This document shows positions 58,573-64,000 of a stretch of DNA of 64,000 nucleotides, piece by piece. The position numbers and the translations under genes are program-made. The stretch is from Gemmatimonas sp. GTDB lineage: Bacteria > Gemmatimonadota > Gemmatimonadetes > Gemmatimonadales > Gemmatimonadaceae. Position 1 is the first letter of the stretch; each line of letters begins with the position of its first letter. Under the pieces are notes generated by a model. It was not told the DNA's origin. It saw only the letters and a list, made by a program, of their open reading frames with translations, and did no database searches. The stretch is from assembly GCA_965279375.1 (NCBI GenBank), contig OZ257156.1:1664001-1728000 (forward strand). The letters are read 5' to 3'.

Positions 58573-59738
58573 TGCCAACGCCATCCGATAGACTGGAGTC
58601 GCCGCCCCACGAACGCCTCACGCGTGCACCCGCGCGCGCAGGTGCGGAAGGGCTCTGGTTGGCGTTGGGCGCTCGTGCGGACTTTGTCGAATCCGTGTTG
58701 GGCGATCTCGCGGAAGAGTACGCGCGTCGAACGAGTCAGGGCGGAGTGTTTCAGGCGCGCGCGTGGTACGTGTGGGAAGCCGTACGGTCCACGCCCCACA
58801 TGTTGCGCAACGCGGTGCGATATGGCGGTCGAGAGCAGCGTCTGCGCGTGGCAGCTTTGGGTGCCGGCGTAGTCGCCCTGTTGTTCCTCGCAGCCCTGGT
58901 CATCGCGCTGCGCAACGGACCGCCGACGCGACTCGTTGCTGGAGAGGCCAACACCGTTGTCGTCAACAGTCAGCGCCCGATTCAACTCCCGATGCGCGTG
59001 TTGGACGCCAGAGGGCGCTCGCTCGACTCGAGTGGTGTGTCGTACGCGTGGCTGGCGGGTGCACCGGTGTCTCTCTCGGCCGACGGCATTCTCACCTGCC
59101 ACGAGCGCGGCGACGTAACCGTGCGTGCCTCGCTGCATGTGATCAGCACGGACGTGCGCGTACACTGTCGGCCGGTTGCTGGTGTGCGCGCCCCTTGGAT
59201 GATGGAACTGGTGATAGGTGATGCGCCAACCGACATCCCGTTCGAAGCGCTCAACCCGTACGGCGAGCCCGAGCGGATGCTCACCGGAAAATTTTCGCTC
59301 CGCGATAGTTCGATCGCGTCGATCACGGATCAGCGTCTGGTCCCGCGCAAGGCAGGCGTGACTTCGCTCAGCATTCAGATCGGCGACGACCCCCGCGACG
59401 CGAGCGTGCATGTCTTCGAACCCGCGCATTCAATCGAAGACATCGCACCCGGACAACACCGCTCGGTGGCCATACGCCTCGCGCCCGGCGAAGCGAGACG
59501 ATGGCACCTCAAGCGTGCTCTCGAACTCCACTACTTCGCCATTCGTCCAGACACCGATGGTGGCACGCCGCCGAACGTGGCGATCCTCGGCGCGCAATGC
59601 ACGCGAGGGCAGGACAGTCACAGCTTCTTCTGCATCCCAGTCGATGGTACCTCGGTCGTGGTGTACAACTCGGCGCGTGCGGGAAGTGCGGGCGTTCAGC
59701 ATGGCCGATTGCTGGTGTGGCGCGCCGCCACGCCGTAG
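58572..59738 (+). CDS. Single-TM protein: permease-prefix-like N-domain plus extracytoplasmic Ig-like region
   Basis: ESVLGDLAEEY...ARAWYVWEAVRS; TM; beta-rich C-terminus. TGATG overlap with padR. Confidence 0.75.
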   Translation: MPTPSDRLESPPHERLTRAPARAGAEGLWLALGARADFVESVLGDLAEEYARRTSQGGVFQARAWYVWEAVRSTPHMLRNAVRYGGREQRLRVAALGAGVVALLFLAALVIALRNGPPTRLVAGEANTVVVNSQRPIQLPMRVLDARGRSLDSSGVSYAWLAGAPVSLSADGILTCHERGDVTVRASLHVISTDVRVHCRPVAGVRAPWMMELVIGDAPTDIPFEALNPYGEPERMLTGKFSLRDSSIASITDQRLVPRKAGVTSLSIQIGDDPRDASVHVFEPAHSIEDIAPGQHRSVAIRLAPGEARRWHLKRALELHYFAIRPDTDGGTPPNVAILGAQCTRGQDSHSFFCIPVDGTSVVVYNSARAGSAGVQHGRLLVWRAATP

Positions 59739-59759
59739 TGATCGCGCGCGGACGACGTC

Positions 59760-60151
59760 TTACACAAGTCGCTCCAGCTTTCCCTTCCGCCGCACAATGT
59801 TCTTGTAGTCCCACTGAATGTCCCGCGCCTTCCGCAGCCATCGCTGCAGATCCACGGCGCTGATGTCGGCGACGTCGGCGTAGAAGATAGAGGCGTCCTT
59901 GAACTTCTTGCCCACGACGTTCAGCGCCGCTTCCCCGAAGTCTGCGCCGCTCCAGAACATCAGGCGAATGCCAGCCTTCTGCTTGCTGTAGCCGACAATC
60001 GGATTGCCATCCAGGAACCACACCGGATGCGCGTGCCAGACCTTGTTCTCTGCAGCCTCGAGATGACGATCGATCTCGTGTGCCAGACGGTCGCACACGG
60101 CCCCCATGGCGCGTCCTGAGACTCGTTGTACGCCACGGTATCAGCGTGCAT
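59760..60151 (-). pseudogene. DUF1801-family gene with a 1-nt frameshift in or next to a G5 run
   Basis: MHADTVAYNESQDAP is in one frame, and AVCDRLAHEID...WHAHPVWFLDGNPIVGYSK in another; C5 at 60101-60105. Confidence 0.75.
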
Positions 60152-60424
60152 GTCATCGCTCCTGATGCGTGTGAACGGCGCAGGTACTGTCGCAGGCGGA
60201 CGGGAGCGAGCGACTGGAGGCGGACCGAGCCTGTAAGTCGCTACGCCGTCGCCACATGTGAAGGAGGGAGGTCGAGGCAGAAAATAGCGTCGAAAATCGC
60301 GCAGCGAACGGTCCAATCCATCCGACCGGGAGCGACGTACTATTAGCGAGAGTCCGTCCGCGCGGTCAGCGCAGCGTGGGACGGCGGCCCAATCGACACC
60401 GGAAACCGACTGCAGCGTCCAACC

Positions 60425-62506
60425 ATGCCGAACCGCACAATCTCTGCACTTTTGTTGATGCTGTCGAGCGCTGCATCACGCCTGCCCGCACAGCAGCCCG
60501 CTGCGCCGCGCGACAGCACGCGCGCGCAAGGACTCGACTCGCTGCGCGTCATCGGCCGCTATGAGTCGCTCACCGGCATCGCGTCGAGCGCATCGCAGGG
60601 ACGCATCGGCCGAGTCGATTTGCTGGCACGCCCGCTCGCACGCGAAGGAGAGCTGCTGGAGGCGGTGCCCGGCGTGATTCTCACGCAGCATAGCGGCGAC
60701 GGCAAAGCCAACCAGATGTTCGTGCGCGGCTTCAACCTCGATCATGGCACCGATTTCGCCACGCGCGTGGAGGGAATGCCGGTCAACCTTCCGTCGCATG
60801 CGCACGGACAGGGCTATTCCGATATCAACCTCCTGATCCCCGAGCTCGTGCGCTCGATCGACTATCGGCTCGGCGTGTCGCACGCGGAGTTTGGCGATTT
60901 CGGTAGCGCCGGCGGTGCCGACTTTCAGCTCGTGCGTCGTCTTGAGCGTCCGTTGCTCTCGTCGAGTGTTGGCGCATTCGGTTTCGCGCGGTTGGTCGGC
61001 GGTGCATCGCAGCGCGTCGGCACGGGCGATCTCCTCGTAGCCGCCGAAGCCAAGCGCTACGACGGTCCGTGGCAGATCGGTGAGGGACTGCGCAAGTACA
61101 GCGGGGTCACGCGCTACTCCTGGCAGCAGGGACGCTCGCGCTTCTCGCTGCTTGGCATGGCATACGGGAACACTTGGCGCTCGTCCGATCAAATCCCGCA
61201 GCGCGCGGTCCTCTCTGGACAGCTCAGCCGATTCGGGCAGATCGACAGCACACTCGGCGGGGCACAGCAGCGCTACAGTCTCTCCGGTGAGTGGACCCGC
61301 GCACACGGACGCGCGCTGGATGAGGTGCAGGTCTACGGCATCGCGTCGCAATTCAATCTGCTCTCCAACTTCACGTATCAGCTGGACGACGCCGAGCAGG
61401 GCGACCAGTTCAATCAGCATGAGCGACGCACGATCATTGGCGTGAACGCCAAGCGTCGACTCTCCACGACGATGCTGGGCGCCGAGCAGATGATGACGCT
61501 CGGGGTGCAGAGCCGCGCCGACATTGTGAATGGACTCGGTCTGTACCGCACACGTGACCGCGAACGGGTGGGCACCGTGCGCGAAGATCAGGTGCGACAG
61601 TTCAGCGGTGGACTCTTTGGTGAAGTGGAGTCGCGCTGGACATCACGGATTCGCACGGTGCTTGGCGCGCGGCTCGATCAGTATGCGTTTCGCGTGCGCA
61701 GCGACAACGCGCGCAACTCCGGCACACGCACTGCGGGCATCGCCAGTCCCAAGGGGTCGCTGATCTTTGCGCCGAGCGCGAAGACGGAGCTGTATCTCAG
61801 CGGCGGGCTCGGATTCCACAGCAACGATGCCCGTGGCAGTACGCTCACCGTCGATCCCGTATCCGGTGAGTCAGCCTCACGCGTGGATCCGCTGGTGCGA
61901 TCGACGGGCGGCGAGATCGGCCTGCGCTTCGCGCCGGTGGAGGGGATGCGATCGACCGTGGTTGCGTGGGCGCTTGGGCTGGACAGCGAGCTGCTCTTCG
62001 TGGGCGACGGTGGTGCCACTGAAGCCACCGCCGCCAGCCGTCGTCGTGGCGTGACCTGGGCCAACTTCTATCGCCCGCGCCCTGAGCTGTCGCTCGACGT
62101 CGATGTGTCGTTTGCACACGCGCGCTTCGCAAACGTCGCGCGCGATCAGCAGCGCATTCCGGGGGCACTCGAGAATGTCGTGGCCGCAGGGGCAAGTTGG
62201 CAGCCGCAGACCCATGGTGTCTTTGCGGCCACACGACTCCGGCACTTCGGCGCGTACTCGTTGATCGAAGACAACAGCAAGCGCGCGACGCCTACCACGC
62301 TGCTCAATGGAGACGTGGGCTATCGATTCTCCTCAGGGGTTCGCGTGCAGATGACGATGCTCAACCTGCTCAATGGTCGCGCCAGCGACATTCAGTACTT
62401 CTATAGATCGCGGCTTGCCGGCGAGTCGGCGGAAGGTGTGGGGGATGTCCACTTCCATCCGGTGGAGCCGAGGCAACTGCGCGTGAGTTTTGGGTGGGAG
62501 TGGTGA
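60425..62506 (+). CDS. TonB-dependent receptor
   Basis: Signal peptide; plug LEAVPG..QHSGDGKANQMFVRGFNLDHGTDF; NLLN; terminal aromatic residue. Confidence 0.92.
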   Translation: MPNRTISALLLMLSSAASRLPAQQPAAPRDSTRAQGLDSLRVIGRYESLTGIASSASQGRIGRVDLLARPLAREGELLEAVPGVILTQHSGDGKANQMFVRGFNLDHGTDFATRVEGMPVNLPSHAHGQGYSDINLLIPELVRSIDYRLGVSHAEFGDFGSAGGADFQLVRRLERPLLSSSVGAFGFARLVGGASQRVGTGDLLVAAEAKRYDGPWQIGEGLRKYSGVTRYSWQQGRSRFSLLGMAYGNTWRSSDQIPQRAVLSGQLSRFGQIDSTLGGAQQRYSLSGEWTRAHGRALDEVQVYGIASQFNLLSNFTYQLDDAEQGDQFNQHERRTIIGVNAKRRLSTTMLGAEQMMTLGVQSRADIVNGLGLYRTRDRERVGTVREDQVRQFSGGLFGEVESRWTSRIRTVLGARLDQYAFRVRSDNARNSGTRTAGIASPKGSLIFAPSAKTELYLSGGLGFHSNDARGSTLTVDPVSGESASRVDPLVRSTGGEIGLRFAPVEGMRSTVVAWALGLDSELLFVGDGGATEATAASRRRGVTWANFYRPRPELSLDVDVSFAHARFANVARDQQRIPGALENVVAAGASWQPQTHGVFAATRLRHFGAYSLIEDNSKRATPTTLLNGDVGYRFSSGVRVQMTMLNLLNGRASDIQYFYRSRLAGESAEGVGDVHFHPVEPRQLRVSFGWEW

Positions 62507-62664
62507 GTGGCGGTTGCTCGTACGGAGAGGTCGCGCTGCACCTGAAACGGATGGTCGAATCGTGCCCAGCCGCGTATCGCGGGGACCAGTTGCTTCATGT
62601 GACGTCTCACCGCGTGCCTGAGTTTCACGCTGACGCCATCAACGATCACTCTGTGTCGTTGCGA

Positions 62665-62681
62665 TACAAAAATAGTTTGTA
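62665..62681. promoter_or_regulatory. AT-rich palindrome TACAAA-N5-TTTGTA upstream of the DUF5916 gene
   Basis: Perfect 6-bp arms within an AT island in GC-rich DNA. Confidence 0.5.
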
Positions 62682-62764
62682 ACTCGATCCAACCATCGTG
62701 CGTTGGGTGGCGTCCAAGGAACGTGCCGCAAGTCGGTGTTCCTTCCCTTCATCGCTCCCCGCCG

Positions 62765-64000
62765 ATGCTGCTCCCCTCATTGCTCCTGCAAGTCGTCGCG
62801 TCCGCCAACGTCGGCCCGACGCGCGCGCCCGCGACCAAGACGCCCGCGCCGATTGTCGCTGAGGCACCGCGACGTCTGCCGATGCGCGTCTCGCGTGCGC
62901 CCGAAATCGATGGACGCGATGATGACGACGTCTGGAAGTCGGTCCCGATCATCTCCGAGTTCCGCCAGTTCGAGCCAACGGAGGACGGCGCGCCGACACT
63001 GCGCACCGAAGCACGCATCGCCTACGACTCGCGCAATCTCTATGTGGTGGTGCGCAGCTTCGATCCGAAGCCGGACAGCATTCTTTCCGTGCTGCAACGA
63101 CGCGATGGCTTCGCGCTCTCTGATGACATGATCATCGGGATCGACTCGTACAACGACAAGCGCACGGGCTACATGTTCCGCCTCACGGCGGGCGGTGCGA
63201 TGGCCGACGGCTACGTCTTCAACGATGGCGAGGAAGACTGGGGCTGGAACGCCGTGTGGCAGGGCGCTGCGCACGTCGATTCGCTGGGTTGGGTGGCGGA
63301 GTATCGCATTCCGCTCAGTCAGCTGCGCTACGTTCCGCGCGGCGACAACTCCTTCGGTGTGCTGATCATGCGCCGCACCGCACGCAACGGTGAACGGGTG
63401 TCGTGGCCGCTGATGCGCCGCTCCAAGACGGGCAACGTGAGTCAGTGGGGCGAAGTGCCGGGCTTTCAGCAGCTCTCCGCGCCGCGGCGCGTGGAGCTGA
63501 TGCCCTACGCCGTCGAGCGCTACGGCTACAAGCCGCGTGGTGACGGCTCGGCGCGCAACGCAGCGCAATCGCAGTTCGGCGCCGATCTCAAGGTGGGTCT
63601 CACGTCGAACATCACGCTCGATGGCGCGATCAATCCGGACTTCGGTCAGGTCGAAGCCGATCCGGGCGTGTTGAACCTCAGTGCCTTCGAACAGTTCTAC
63701 GCCGAGCGGCGTCCGTTCTTTCTGGAAGGCAGCGGCATCTTCCGCTACGACCTCGATTGCAACGACGGCGAGTGCACGGGGCTGTTCTACTCGCGTCGCA
63801 TCGGTCGCACACCGCAGTTGCGTGATCGCTTCGGTGACGCCGCGTCGCCGCTGCAGTCGACCATTTCCGGCGCAGCGAAAGTCACGGGACGCCTCAAGAA
63901 CGGTCTCTCCATCGGCTTGCTCGACGCCGTCACCAATCGGGCCCAAGGTACGGAGCTGCGCACCATCGAGCCGATGACCAACTACGGCGTGATGCGCTTG
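62765..64000 (+). CDS. CBM9-like + DUF5916 secreted/outer-membrane protein; runs off the window end and is absent from the ORF track
   Basis: Manual translation from ATG 62765: PEIDG, FRQFEP, IDSYNDKRTGY, WNAVW, GWVAEYRIPLSQLRY, INPDFGQVEADP, FYAERRPFFLEG, LFYSRRIG. Confidence 0.88.
   Translation, partial: MLLPSLLLQVVASANVGPTRAPATKTPAPIVAEAPRRLPMRVSRAPEIDGRDDDDVWKSVPIISEFRQFEPTEDGAPTLRTEARIAYDSRNLYVVVRSFDPKPDSILSVLQRRDGFALSDDMIIGIDSYNDKRTGYMFRLTAGGAMADGYVFNDGEEDWGWNAVWQGAAHVDSLGWVAEYRIPLSQLRYVPRGDNSFGVLIMRRTARNGERVSWPLMRRSKTGNVSQWGEVPGFQQLSAPRRVELMPYAVERYGYKPRGDGSARNAAQSQFGADLKVGLTSNITLDGAINPDFGQVEADPGVLNLSAFEQFYAERRPFFLEGSGIFRYDLDCNDGECTGLFYSRRIGRTPQLRDRFGDAASPLQSTISGAAKVTGRLKNGLSIGLLDAVTNRAQGTELRTIEPMTNYGVMRL

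Noticed and set aside
60152..60424. Cobalamin or other riboswitch ahead of the TonB receptor
   Set aside because: No B12-box or other conserved riboswitch core recognised by eye; an Rfam scan would be decisive.
62401..62682. Short ORFs between the TonB receptor and DUF5916 genes
   Set aside because: They overlap the receptor 3' end and have no RBS or recognisable motif.

Overview
High-GC bacterial chromosomal segment. Gene content, such as DUF5916, PadR plus permease-prefix, Ig/RCC1 lipoproteins and GxxExxY, suggests Gemmatimonadota; this is an inference. It is almost entirely coding, with about 60 genes and no recognisable rRNA, tRNA, CRISPR array, integrase or transposase. Main blocks: (1) split transhydrogenase pntA1-pntA2-pntB; (2) a GxxExxY PD-(D/E)XK-type gene wrapped in long hairpins; (3) a redox/quinone-stress neighbourhood (desaturase, yggX, two tiny Cys4 proteins, YhaM-like HD nuclease, MhqR-like MarR and yceI with three overlapping MhqR-type operators); (4) a minus-strand run serA - FAD 2-hydroxyacid dehydrogenase - serB - class V aminotransferase - SDR - plasmid-type replication initiator (with a QLHLF clamp-binding-like motif but no mobile context) - ctpA; (5) two signalling clusters, one enclosing an acidic/AT-hook/histone-H1-like protein; (6) glnA, Tat-signal SOD, truncated globin, TMEM175 and a mog-to-dipeptidase operon; (7) an accessory right end with two broken genes, a PadR/permease-prefix pair, a TonB receptor and a truncated DUF5916 gene. 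The most promising candidates for undescribed biology are the apparently domesticated Rep initiator, the GxxExxY-hairpin unit with a second large orphan hairpin, and the PadR/GDLxEE membrane-sensor pair. All calls come from reading the sequence; no searches were run.
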